Position numbers and translations under genes: made by a program. Shown here piece by piece: positions 31,698-42,703 of a DNA stretch of 64,000 bases (its first letter is position 1; every line of letters begins with the position of its first letter). The notes beneath the pieces are model-generated. The model saw only the letters and a list, made by a program, of their open reading frames with translations. It did no database searches and was not told the DNA's origin. Location: the NCBI GenBank assembly GCA_002328025.1, contig DCVE01000014.1, forward strand, positions 5,882 through 69,881, written 5' to 3'. The stretch comes from Patescibacteria group bacterium UBA2196 (GTDB lineage Bacteria > Patescibacteriota > Patescibacteriia > UBA2196).

Positions 31698-31726
31698 TTG
31701 CCGTTATTTTTCTTTTTTGGTATAAT
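31698..31726 (+). promoter_or_regulatory. Sigma70-type promoter
   Basis: TTGCCG-N17-TATAAT with extended -10 TG. Confidence 0.6.
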
Positions 31727-31765
31727 AAAAACACTTACTTTAAGGTCTAAAACAACCAAAAAGCC

Positions 31766-32143
31766 ATGACTTTAGCCCGTTATTTATTTTTTATGACTGT
31801 GGCGACTTTGTTGTGTTGGGGCGCATTAGCGCTGGTTGTGTTTTTTGTTGATCCAAACGAATCTGGTCTAATTGGTATTATAATTTTCTACGCAGCCGAA
31901 TTTTTTGCTGTCATTGGCACAGCTTCTTTGGTTGGTTTTTTATGTCGTTATTATTTTCAACCCAGAGAATTTTCTCACATTCAAGTTAGAAATTCTTTTC
32001 GTCAGGCAGTGTGGTTGGGTTTTTTAATTACTGGCGCCTTGATTTTACAAAGTTTAAATCTGGTCACTTGGTGGATTTTATTAATTTTGGTTTTGATTTT
32101 AACTGTGTTGGAAATGCTTGTTCTATCACTTAAAAAACAATAA
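31766..32143 (+). CDS. Hypothetical 4-TM membrane protein
   Basis: Four hydrophobic segments, VDP and SFRQ motifs. Confidence 0.75.
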   Translation: MTLARYLFFMTVATLLCWGALALVVFFVDPNESGLIGIIIFYAAEFFAVIGTASLVGFLCRYYFQPREFSHIQVRNSFRQAVWLGFLITGALILQSLNLVTWWILLILVLILTVLEMLVLSLKKQ

Positions 32144-32154
32144 TTTTTTTGTTT

Positions 32155-33192
32155 ATGCAAGATTTATTAAAAAATTTAAAAGACGAAATTGAAAATAAAA
32201 TAAAAGCTGTTAAAGACGATGTGGTTTTGGAAAATTTACGCGTGGAATATTTGGGTCGTAAAGGTAAATTTACTGAAGCCTTAAAAAGTATTAAAAAATT
32301 GCAAGCCGAAGAAAAACCGCTGATTGGCAAGCTAGCGAATGAAATTAAATTAGAAATTGAACACATTTTTAATGAAACCAAAAATATTTTGGCTGGTGCT
32401 GGCCAAGAGAAAAATAATAAAATTTATGATACCAGTTTGCCTGGTCAGCCCGTGACACTATCTGGGTTGCATCCCATTACAAAAATTATTTATGATTTAA
32501 ACGATGTTTTTCGTTCTTTAAATTTCGAAATTTACGAAGGCAATGAGTTGTCAAATGAAAAAGAAGTCTTTGATGATTTAAATTTTCCACCAGGTCATCC
32601 AGCCAGAGAATCCATGGATACTTATTGGTTAAAACAGTCAGAAAAAAATTGTGGGGTTGATAGATTGTGTCTACGACCACATTTAACCGGTGCCAGCGTA
32701 CAATACATGCGCACGCACCAGCCACCGTTCCAGTTTGTCTATCCGGGGCGGGTTTTTCGTCTTGAGGCTACGGATGCTGGACATGAGCGTTGTTTTTATC
32801 AATACGAAGCTTTGATTGTGAATAAGGATTTTGCTTTTTCAGCTGGTAAAATTATGATTAACACCATTTTGGAGCGTGTTTTTGGCCATCCCATAGAGAC
32901 ACGTATGCGCGCCGGTTTTTTTCCTTTTGTAGAACCCGGATTTGAAATTGATATGCAATGCCAAGTTTGTCATGGTCACGGTTGTAGTGTGTGCAAACAC
33001 AACGGTTGGTTGGAGGTTATGCCGGGTGGAGCTCCGCACCCCAATGTTTTAAAAGCCGGCGGTTTGGATCCAAAAGTTTGGCAAGGTTTTTATATCAACG
33101 TAGGGCTTGATCGTTTGGCTATGATGAAATATGGTATTGATGATGTACGTTTAATGCATAGTGGGGATCTTCGATTTTTAAAACAGTTTTAA
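32155..33192 (+). CDS. pheS: Phenylalanyl-tRNA synthetase alpha subunit
   Basis: YLGRKG, FDDLNFPPGHPAR, FFPFVEPG, GLDRLAM, DLRFLKQF. Confidence 0.96.
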   Translation: MQDLLKNLKDEIENKIKAVKDDVVLENLRVEYLGRKGKFTEALKSIKKLQAEEKPLIGKLANEIKLEIEHIFNETKNILAGAGQEKNNKIYDTSLPGQPVTLSGLHPITKIIYDLNDVFRSLNFEIYEGNELSNEKEVFDDLNFPPGHPARESMDTYWLKQSEKNCGVDRLCLRPHLTGASVQYMRTHQPPFQFVYPGRVFRLEATDAGHERCFYQYEALIVNKDFAFSAGKIMINTILERVFGHPIETRMRAGFFPFVEPGFEIDMQCQVCHGHGCSVCKHNGWLEVMPGGAPHPNVLKAGGLDPKVWQGFYINVGLDRLAMMKYGIDDVRLMHSGDLRFLKQF

Positions 33193-33201
33193 AATCAATT
33201 T

Positions 33202-34251
33202 ATGTCAGTTGCAAAAATTTTTATTCTAACAGTCTTGGCTTTCGTGGGCGCCTTTTGGTGGGCGCCAATTTTGGCACGCTTTTTAACCAAGCACAAAATG
33301 TGGAAAGAAGCGCGTCAGCTTACCACCGATGGTCGGGTGTTGGTGACATTTCAAAAAATAGAAAAAGATCATAAAATTAAAACTCCTCGTGGAGGCGGTC
33401 TTTTAATTTGGGTTACAATTTTATTTTTGGCACTTTTGATGTCTGTGCTTGATAATTTTTTTCCCGGAGTTTTTAGTAATTTAGAATTTTTATCACGTTC
33501 CGAAACATGGTTGCCACTTGGAATTTTGGTTTTGGCTGGAGTGCTTGGTTTTGCTGATGATATTTTAACAGCCAAAGGCAAAGGTAAATATTTGGGTGGT
33601 GGTATGAGTTTAAAACGCCGCATTGTTATGGTTTTTGTAATTGGTTTGGTTGGCGCCTTGTGGTTTCATTTTAAACTTGGTTGGGACACCATCCACCTTC
33701 CATTTTTTGGTGATTTTTATATTAATGGTTTTTATATTCCTCTGTTTGCTATTACCATGGTGGCGGTTTTTTCTTCAGGTGTTATTGATGGCATTGATGG
33801 TCTTTCGGGGGGAGTTTTTGCTCCGCTTTTTGCCACCTATGGTGTGATTGCGTTTTTGCGTGGCCAAACTGATTTAGCTGCTTTTTGTGCCATGATCGCC
33901 AGCACGCTGGCAGTATTTTTGTGGTTTAATGCTCCGCCAGCACGTTTTTATATTGGTGAAACAGGTATTTTGGCTTTGACTACAACTTTAACTGTGGTTG
34001 CTTTTATGACCAACGCTGTTTTGTTATTGCCGTTGGCTGGTGTTATGTTGGTCATCACCACCGCTTCGGATATTATTCAACTTACGCATCGTAAAATTAA
34101 AGGTCATAAATTGTTTCCTGCGGCACCCATTCATCACACCTTTCAACTGCAAGGTATAAAAGATGAAACCATTGTTATGCGTTATTGGATTATTACTGGC
34201 ATGGCTTGCATTACCGCAATTATGATTTATTTATTGGATAAAGGATTATAG
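33202..34251 (+). CDS. mraY: Phospho-N-acetylmuramoyl-pentapeptide transferase
   Basis: KTPRGGG, GFADD, DGIDGL, FNAPPARFYIGETG, APIHH. Confidence 0.9.
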   Translation: MSVAKIFILTVLAFVGAFWWAPILARFLTKHKMWKEARQLTTDGRVLVTFQKIEKDHKIKTPRGGGLLIWVTILFLALLMSVLDNFFPGVFSNLEFLSRSETWLPLGILVLAGVLGFADDILTAKGKGKYLGGGMSLKRRIVMVFVIGLVGALWFHFKLGWDTIHLPFFGDFYINGFYIPLFAITMVAVFSSGVIDGIDGLSGGVFAPLFATYGVIAFLRGQTDLAAFCAMIASTLAVFLWFNAPPARFYIGETGILALTTTLTVVAFMTNAVLLLPLAGVMLVITTASDIIQLTHRKIKGHKLFPAAPIHHTFQLQGIKDETIVMRYWIITGMACITAIMIYLLDKGL

Positions 34252-34253
34252 TT

Positions 34254-35004
34254 ATGTATCAAATTAAAGAATTATTGAAATATAAAGACTTACAGCATGC
34301 CACTTCAACATTAGAAGACGGAAATATGAGTTTTAAGTTTGATGATGAAAAAACGGTTTTTAATAACAGAAAAAAAATTTTTTAAAAAAATAAAAATAAA
34401 TTCCAAAGATGTTATTGATATGGGGCCTGTGGTTGACAAAGCAAATAAGGTGGTTTTTGTAAAAAAAAAAGACGGTTTGAATTCTTTGGATCAGAAAATT
34501 GAGCCAGTTTGGGGTGATGCCTTAATAACAAACAGAAAAAAATATTATTTAGCCATGAGTTTTGCTGATTGCTTTGGAATAATTTTTTATACACCTAAAA
34601 AAAATGTTTTAGCCCTGGCCCATGCTGGTTACGTTCCAATCAGTGCTGGTATTATTGCTAGGACATTATCTAAATTGAAAAAGGATTTTAAAATAAACGC
34701 AGAAGATTTGTTTTGTGTGGTAACTCCGGGAGCACAAGATTGTTGTTTAAAATATAAAAAAGTTTTTAAATCGGTTTTACAGACAAAAAAAGCCACAGAG
34801 CATATTTATAGACGACAAGGTTATTATCATCTTGATCTTTTAAAATGGATACTGGATGATTTAAAAGATGGGGGTATCAACGAGGTGGTGATAAGTAATT
34901 TTTGCTCCGCGTGTGGTAATAAGAATGTTTTTTATTCAAAAGAAAAACAAAATAAAGGTCTGCAAAAGAAAGGTAGAAATATGTTAATTGTTGGTATGAG
35001 ATAA
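34254..35004 (+). pseudogene. YfiH/PgeF (laccase-domain) family gene split by frameshift at A8 tract 34370-34377
   Basis: 5' part MYQIKELL..STLEDGNMSF..NNRKK; 3' part GDALIT, FADC, LAHAG, CSAC, FYS; removing one A joins them. Confidence 0.7.
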
Positions 35005-35010
35005 AAATTT

Positions 35011-35829
35011 ATGGAAAATTTATTTTATAAAATTAAATATTATTTTGGCACTATTTATCGCGGATTAATCGGTCGTTTTCATAATATTTTTGATAAAGCG
35101 CCAGCAATTAAAAGCGGGGCTGAATGGTATTCTTTGGGCGATTCAACTCAGGGTCGCAATATTCGGTGTTATAAATTTGGACAAGGTGAAAAAAAAATAT
35201 TACTAATGGGTGGAATTCATGGCAATGAAGTTGGCACGGTTAAACTTGCGCATAATTTAATTAATTGGTTATGTGGCAACCAATTAAGATTTTCCAATCT
35301 AACAATTTTTGTTGTGCCGTGTTTAAACCCAGATGGAGCTGAAGTTGCCAGACAATTTCCAGACTATAAGCATCGTGGTCGGATTGGTCGTCTCAATGCG
35401 CGCGATGTGGATTTAAACCGCAACTTTCCAACAACTGATTTTATGAGCCAGACAACTTGGAAAACCGGTCGCAATTATCATGATGAAACCATCGCGGTTT
35501 TTGGGGGAGACTTTGCTGGCTCTGAAGCAGAAACAAAAATAATTATGGACCTAATTAAAAAAGAAAACATCAAAAATATCATCGCATTTCACAATATGGG
35601 CAGTGATGTTATGCCGGTGAGTGGTGATGCGGTGGCAGAAACTTGGGCTCAGATTTATTTTAAAAAAGCCAAATTTAAAATCAGATATAATGTCAATTTG
35701 TCCGGTAGCTTGTCCAGTTGGGCCAAAGAAAATAATATTCATTATTTAACCGTCGAAGGTAGTTCACGCTGGGGAAGTGATTGGCATCGACAGTATAAGG
35801 CCATAGAGGAAATATTGGCTTCCATGTAG
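35011..35829 (+). CDS. M14 zinc carboxypeptidase (MpaA-like)
   Basis: GGIHGNE, NPDG, RLNARDVDLNRNFP, AFH, TVE. Confidence 0.88.
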   Translation: MENLFYKIKYYFGTIYRGLIGRFHNIFDKAPAIKSGAEWYSLGDSTQGRNIRCYKFGQGEKKILLMGGIHGNEVGTVKLAHNLINWLCGNQLRFSNLTIFVVPCLNPDGAEVARQFPDYKHRGRIGRLNARDVDLNRNFPTTDFMSQTTWKTGRNYHDETIAVFGGDFAGSEAETKIIMDLIKKENIKNIIAFHNMGSDVMPVSGDAVAETWAQIYFKKAKFKIRYNVNLSGSLSSWAKENNIHYLTVEGSSRWGSDWHRQYKAIEEILASM

Positions 35830-35897
35830 AATATAGAGATATTACTTTTATCATTTACATGTAGGCGTGAATGATAAAACAACAACACAACATATTT

Positions 35898-36416
35898 ATG
35901 CGCAAAAAAGAAAATAATTACGCTTTCATTGATAGTCAAAATTTGAATTTAGGTGTGCAAAACTTAGGTTGGAAATTGGATTATAAAAGATTCATGATTT
36001 ATCTAAAAGATAAGTATGGAGTTTTGGTTGCTTATTTGTTTATTGGTTATTTGCCAGAAAATCAAGATTTATATTCATCTCTTCAAAGAGCTGGTTATTA
36101 TTTGGTTTTTAAACCCACTCTGCCGGATAAAGACGGGGAGATAAAAGGTAATGTTGATGCGGATCTGGTTTTACAAACAATGCTTGATTATGATAAGTTT
36201 GATAAAGCAATTATTGTTTCAAGTGATGGAGATTTTTATTCTCTGGTTAAATATTTATATAAACAAAATAAACTTAAATGTGTTTTGAGTCCTTATGTTA
36301 AAACTTGCTCGGTTTTATTAAAAAGAACTGCTCGGGAAAAAATTGTTTTTATGAATAATTTAAGGCAAAAATTAGAATATAAAAGAAAAACACCGCTAAG
36401 GGACAGAACCACTTAG
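35898..36416 (+). CDS. NYN domain (LabA/DUF88, PIN-fold) protein
   Basis: AFIDSQNL, KGNVDADL, IVSSDGDF. Confidence 0.9.
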   Translation: MRKKENNYAFIDSQNLNLGVQNLGWKLDYKRFMIYLKDKYGVLVAYLFIGYLPENQDLYSSLQRAGYYLVFKPTLPDKDGEIKGNVDADLVLQTMLDYDKFDKAIIVSSDGDFYSLVKYLYKQNKLKCVLSPYVKTCSVLLKRTAREKIVFMNNLRQKLEYKRKTPLRDRTT

Positions 36417-36438
36417 AGGTATTTTTCGTATGTATACT
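36379..36438 (-). ncRNA. Predicted small antisense hairpin RNA overlapping 3' end of NYN gene
   Basis: Minus-strand promoter 36445-36473 upstream, long hairpin 36385-36427, then U tract. Confidence 0.45.
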
Positions 36439-36444
36439 GGTTTA

Positions 36445-36473
36445 AGAATAACATGGTATATAAAAAAAGTCAA
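36445..36473 (-). promoter_or_regulatory. Minus-strand sigma70 promoter facing NYN gene
   Basis: TTGACT-N17-TATTCT with extended -10 TG. Confidence 0.6.
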
Positions 36474-36482
36474 ACACAAAGC

Positions 36483-36491
36483 TGTGGATAA
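36483..36491 (-). promoter_or_regulatory. Perfect DnaA box (single)
   Basis: TGTGGATAA = reverse complement of TTATCCACA. Confidence 0.35.
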
Positions 36492-36519
36492 ATTGTAGAA
36501 TAAATAATTATTAAACTAT

Positions 36520-38979
36520 ATGTTTCTTTCACTAAACTGGCTTAAAACTTACGTTAATTTACCCAAAGGCCTGACAGTCAAACAACTGGCGCACGATTTA
36601 ACCATGTCCACCGTGGAAGTGGAGGGCGTGGAAAATCAAGCTGAAAAGTTTGAGAATATTGTAATTGGAAAAATTGTGGAAATAAAAGCTCATCCCAATG
36701 CTGACAAATTAAAAATTGTCATGCTTGATATTGGCAAAAAAGATTTAGTGCGAGTTGTTTGTGGTGGTACAAACTTGACAGTCAACATGTTGGTGGCCGT
36801 GGCTTTACCTGGCGCCAAAGTCCGCTGGCATGGGGAAGGGAATTTGGTAGAACTGCAAGCCACAGAAATTCGTGGGGAAAAATCTTTTGGCATGATTTGT
36901 TCGGCTAATGAAATTGGTTTAGAAAAAATCTTACCCTGTGGAGAAAAAGAAATTGTGGATTTGAGTGGTTTTTATCCCCTCCTTACGAAGGAGGGGCGCC
37001 TCGACGGAGTCGGGCGGGGAGGTTTAAAACCCGGTCAAAATTTGGCCGAAGCCCTTGGTTTGGATGACACCATTGTTGAATTAGATAATAAATCCATTAC
37101 GCATCGGTCTGATTTATGGAATCATTATGGTGTGGCCAGAGAATTGGCAGTTATTTATAAAACCAATCTTAAACCGTTGGTTTTAAGTCAAGCTAAACAA
37201 AATAATAATAAAAAAATAAAAATTAGCATTGAAGACAAAAAATCCTGTGATCGTTACATGGGTTGTGTTATAAAAAATATTAAAATTGCGCCTTCGCCAG
37301 ATTGGCTGGTAAAAAGTCTGGAAGCAGTAGGTTTGCGTTCAATTAATAACATTGTGGACATTACCAATTATGTAATGTTGGATGTGGGCGAACCTATGCA
37401 CGCGTTTGATATGACCAAATTAAATCAACCACAGATTATTATTCGTAAGGCTCAAAAAAATGAGAAAATTCTAGCTTTGGATGGTGTGGAGAGAAAGTTA
37501 GACGAGTCAATGTTAGTTATTGCGGATAATAAAAACCCTATTGCCATTGCTGGTGTGATGGGCGGAAGTGAGTCTGCGGTGGATGAAAAAACTACCACCA
37601 TAATTTTGGAAGCAGCACATTTTGATGCCGTGACCGTACGTCGCGCAACACAAAAACTAGATTTAAGAACAGATGCTTCTAATCGTTTTGAAAAAAGTTT
37701 GGACCCATGTCTGGTTGAAACTGGTATGCAGAGGGCTTTGACTTTGATTAAAGCAGTAATTCCAAACACTGAAGTTGAAAGTTTGGTGGATGTTAATTAT
37801 GTAAAAAAAGAAAAAATAACTATTACCGCCGAACATGCATATTTAGAAAAAAAAATTGGCCAAAAATTTGAATCGCAAGAAATAGTTAAAATTTTAGAAC
37901 GCCTAGGGTTTGTTGTCAGTAAAAAAACAAAATCAAAAGAAATTGTTTATACTTTGGAAGTCCCCACCTGGCGTTCTAATGGCGACATAAAATACCCGGA
38001 AGATATCGTGGAAGAAGTGGCCAGAATTTACGGCTATGATAATTTACCAGCGCAAACGCAAACCATTGCAATGCATAAAGCTGTCTGGCAGCCAGCCAAG
38101 GAATTAGAACGTCAAATTAAGGTTTTTTTGGCTAATAATGCGGGCATGCAAGAGGTGTTTTGCTATCCGTGGGCTGATACAAAAACCTTGAATGCCTTGG
38201 GTTTTTATGGTAAAATTAGAAAGACAGAAAGTGCTGGCGCAGGTGACAGTAGTTGTCTTGAAACCAGTTTAATTCCCAATCTTCTAAAAGCCACTGAAGA
38301 TAATTTGCGTTATTTTAGTGAGTTTAAAATTTTTGAAGTTGCCAAGATTTTTCCAGCTTCCGGTAGCGAAAAAAAAATGTTAGCTTGTGCGATTGCGACT
38401 GAAAAAAATAAAGATGCTTTTTTAATCATCAAAGGTATTCTGGAAAGTTTGTTAAAAGATTTAAGAATCAAGATTTATGATTTAAAAAATGGAGAAACAC
38501 CAACTTATATTAGCAAAGAAAAAAAATTAAATATTTTTTTAAAAGACAAGAACAGTGGTTGGTTGGGAATGCTGGAAAAAAATATTTATCAGAAATTTAA
38601 TTTTAAAAACAGAGAAATTTGTTTGGTTGAAATAGATTTGGAAGAATTGATTGTAAGTGCTCTTGTGGCGCCAGAAAAAAAATATGCAGTCCTGCCACAA
38701 TTTCCTAGTGTGCAAAGAGATTTGTCGTTTGAATTGGAATGGTCAACAAAATGGGAAAACATAAAAGATGAGATCCTGCGACTCGCTCCGTCTGCCCAAG
38801 ATAAATTAATACAAACAATAGAATTTTTATCAGAATTTGATGCGGGTGAAAAAAAATCTATTGCTTTACGCACTGTTTATCAAGCCAATCGGACATTAAA
38901 AGATGAAGAAGTAGAAGTAATTCAAAATAAAATAATAAAATTAATGCAAGAAAAATTTAATGGGAAATTGAGAGTCTAA
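36520..38979 (+). CDS. pheT: Phenylalanyl-tRNA synthetase beta subunit
   Basis: SLNWLK, HPNADKL, INNIVDITNYVML..GEPMHAFD, EEVARIYGY, RDLSF, RTLKDEEV. Confidence 0.96.
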   Translation: MFLSLNWLKTYVNLPKGLTVKQLAHDLTMSTVEVEGVENQAEKFENIVIGKIVEIKAHPNADKLKIVMLDIGKKDLVRVVCGGTNLTVNMLVAVALPGAKVRWHGEGNLVELQATEIRGEKSFGMICSANEIGLEKILPCGEKEIVDLSGFYPLLTKEGRLDGVGRGGLKPGQNLAEALGLDDTIVELDNKSITHRSDLWNHYGVARELAVIYKTNLKPLVLSQAKQNNNKKIKISIEDKKSCDRYMGCVIKNIKIAPSPDWLVKSLEAVGLRSINNIVDITNYVMLDVGEPMHAFDMTKLNQPQIIIRKAQKNEKILALDGVERKLDESMLVIADNKNPIAIAGVMGGSESAVDEKTTTIILEAAHFDAVTVRRATQKLDLRTDASNRFEKSLDPCLVETGMQRALTLIKAVIPNTEVESLVDVNYVKKEKITITAEHAYLEKKIGQKFESQEIVKILERLGFVVSKKTKSKEIVYTLEVPTWRSNGDIKYPEDIVEEVARIYGYDNLPAQTQTIAMHKAVWQPAKELERQIKVFLANNAGMQEVFCYPWADTKTLNALGFYGKIRKTESAGAGDSSCLETSLIPNLLKATEDNLRYFSEFKIFEVAKIFPASGSEKKMLACAIATEKNKDAFLIIKGILESLLKDLRIKIYDLKNGETPTYISKEKKLNIFLKDKNSGWLGMLEKNIYQKFNFKNREICLVEIDLEELIVSALVAPEKKYAVLPQFPSVQRDLSFELEWSTKWENIKDEILRLAPSAQDKLIQTIEFLSEFDAGEKKSIALRTVYQANRTLKDEEVEVIQNKIIKLMQEKFNGKLRV
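36976..37023. repeat. Palindromic element inserted in frame in pheT
   Basis: CCCCTCCTT-acg-AAGGAGGGG + CGCCTCGAC-gga-GTCGGGCG + GGGAGGT; same core as element in helicase gene. Confidence 0.8.
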
Positions 38980-38986
38980 CCGTTAA

Positions 38987-41161
<2,175 letters not shown>

Positions 41162-41187
41162 AATAAAATTTTTTAAATAATAAACAT

Positions 41188-41217
41188 TTGACAATAAATT
41201 GGGGTTTATGTTAATAT
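41188..41217 (+). promoter_or_regulatory. Sigma70-type promoter upstream of secE-nusG-rplK
   Basis: TTGACA-N18-TAATAT with extended -10 TG. Confidence 0.5.
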
Positions 41218-41272
41218 ATGTACATAAGCCCAAAAGGGCTTTTTAAAATAGAATTATTCAAACTAAATAAGG

Positions 41273-41399
41273 TGTCATTCCGACCGAAGCGATCCGCCAG
41301 TTGGCGGAGAGCGAAGTGGAGGAATCTTTTATACTAATATTAAATTAGTCAAAGAGATCCCTCGACTCCTAACGGCCTTCAAGGCCGCTCGGGATGACA
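41273..41399. repeat. Intergenic REP/MITE-like element with terminal inverted repeats and nested hairpins
   Basis: TGTCATTCCGA...TCGGGATGACA ends; internal GGAATCT/AGATCC, TCCGCCA-gt-TGGCGGA, CGGCCTT-c-AAGGCCG. Confidence 0.8.
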
Positions 41400-41409
41400 A
41401 GCAATTATT

Positions 41410-41598
41410 ATGCCTAATAAACTAATCCAATACCTCAAGGACTCTAAAGTGGAACTAAAAAAAGTCGTTTGGCCCACCAAAAAACAGGTCTTAAATCACA
41501 CTTTGTTAGTGATTGGTTTTTCTTTGAGTGCGGCTATTTTTTTAGGCGCAATTGACCTTGGTCTTATTAAGTTGGTGGAAAAAATTATCGCTTGGTAA
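41410..41598 (+). CDS. secE: Preprotein translocase SecE
   Basis: ELKKVVWPT, single TM, upstream of nusG. Confidence 0.95.
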   Translation: MPNKLIQYLKDSKVELKKVVWPTKKQVLNHTLLVIGFSLSAAIFLGAIDLGLIKLVEKIIAW

Positions 41599-41617
41599 AT
41601 TTAATAAGTTATTTTTT

Positions 41618-42163
41618 ATGCCCAGACAAAATGAAAATCAAGGCCGGCGTTGGTATGCCATTCATACCTATTCGGGGTATGAGGAAAGCGTGGCCCATAA
41701 TTTAAAACAAAGAATCGATTCTTTGGACATGCAAGATAAAATTTATCAGGTTTTGGTGCCCAAAGAAAAGAAGATAAAAATTAAAAATGGCAAACGTTCA
41801 ACAATTGAAGAAAAAATTTATCCAGGTTATGTGTTGGTAGAAATGTCAGTCACCGACGCCTCGTGGTACGTGGTCCGCAACACTCCCAATGTCACTGGCT
41901 TTATTGGTACCGGCACCACCCCAACCCCCATGTCAGATAAAGAAGTGGAAGAACTGCAGAAACGCATGGGTGTGGAAGAGCCAAAATATAAAATTGATAT
42001 CAGTGTTGGTTCGGCCGTGCGTATGGTGGATGGTCCGTTTAAAGAAATGGAAGGTAAAATTTCTGAAATTGATGAAGGCCGTGGTCGGGTCAAGGTTTTG
42101 GTTTCTATGTTTGGCCGCGAAACACCAGTTGATCTGGATTTTTTACAGATTAAAAAGATTTAA
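41618..42163 (+). CDS. nusG: Transcription termination/antitermination factor NusG
   Basis: WYAIHTYSGYE, PGYVLVEM, VRNTPNVTGF, MFGRETPV. Confidence 0.97.
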   Translation: MPRQNENQGRRWYAIHTYSGYEESVAHNLKQRIDSLDMQDKIYQVLVPKEKKIKIKNGKRSTIEEKIYPGYVLVEMSVTDASWYVVRNTPNVTGFIGTGTTPTPMSDKEVEELQKRMGVEEPKYKIDISVGSAVRMVDGPFKEMEGKISEIDEGRGRVKVLVSMFGRETPVDLDFLQIKKI

Positions 42164-42253
42164 TATCTGCGTTTATTTATTGATTGGCTTCATCTTGCTT
42201 CTGGATGGAGCTTTAATCACTTAAAATAAACCAACAAAATAATAAATAATAAT

Positions 42254-42676
42254 ATGGCTAGAGAGATAAAAACAATATTAAAATTGCAAATTAAAGCCGG
42301 AGCTGCTAATCCAGCGCCACCCATTGGCCCAGCTTTGGGTCAACATGGTTTAAATATCCAGGAATTTTGTACTAAGTTTAATGAAGCCACTAAAGATAAA
42401 GCTGGTGATGTTATTCCAGCCGAAATTACTGTTTATACTGATCGGACTTTTACTTTCAAACTTAAAACTCCGCCAGCCGCTGAATTATTAAAAAAAGCCG
42501 CCAAGGTTGAAAAGGGTTCTGGCAAACCTTTGGTTGAAAAAATTGGCAAAGTGACCAAAGCTCAAATACGTGAAATCGCCGAAGTTAAAATGGTGGACTT
42601 AAACACCGAAAACATTGAAGCCGCCATGCGCATTATTGAAGGCACAGCCAGACAAATGGGAATTACGGTTGAATAA
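42254..42676 (+). CDS. rplK: 50S ribosomal protein L11
   Basis: [28 protein letters not shown]. Confidence 0.98.
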   Translation: MAREIKTILKLQIKAGAANPAPPIGPALGQHGLNIQEFCTKFNEATKDKAGDVIPAEITVYTDRTFTFKLKTPPAAELLKKAAKVEKGSGKPLVEKIGKVTKAQIREIAEVKMVDLNTENIEAAMRIIEGTARQMGITVE

Positions 42677-42703
42677 GTTTTAAAATTCAAATTATAAATT
42701 TTT

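Noticed and set aside
36483-36491. DnaA box as a sign of oriC
   Set aside because: Single box in a short spacer, with no box cluster and no dnaA/dnaN nearby
41162-41409. tRNA gene (tRNA-Trp often precedes secE)
   Set aside because: No cloverleaf or TTCGA T-loop pattern; the structure is a palindromic repeat element
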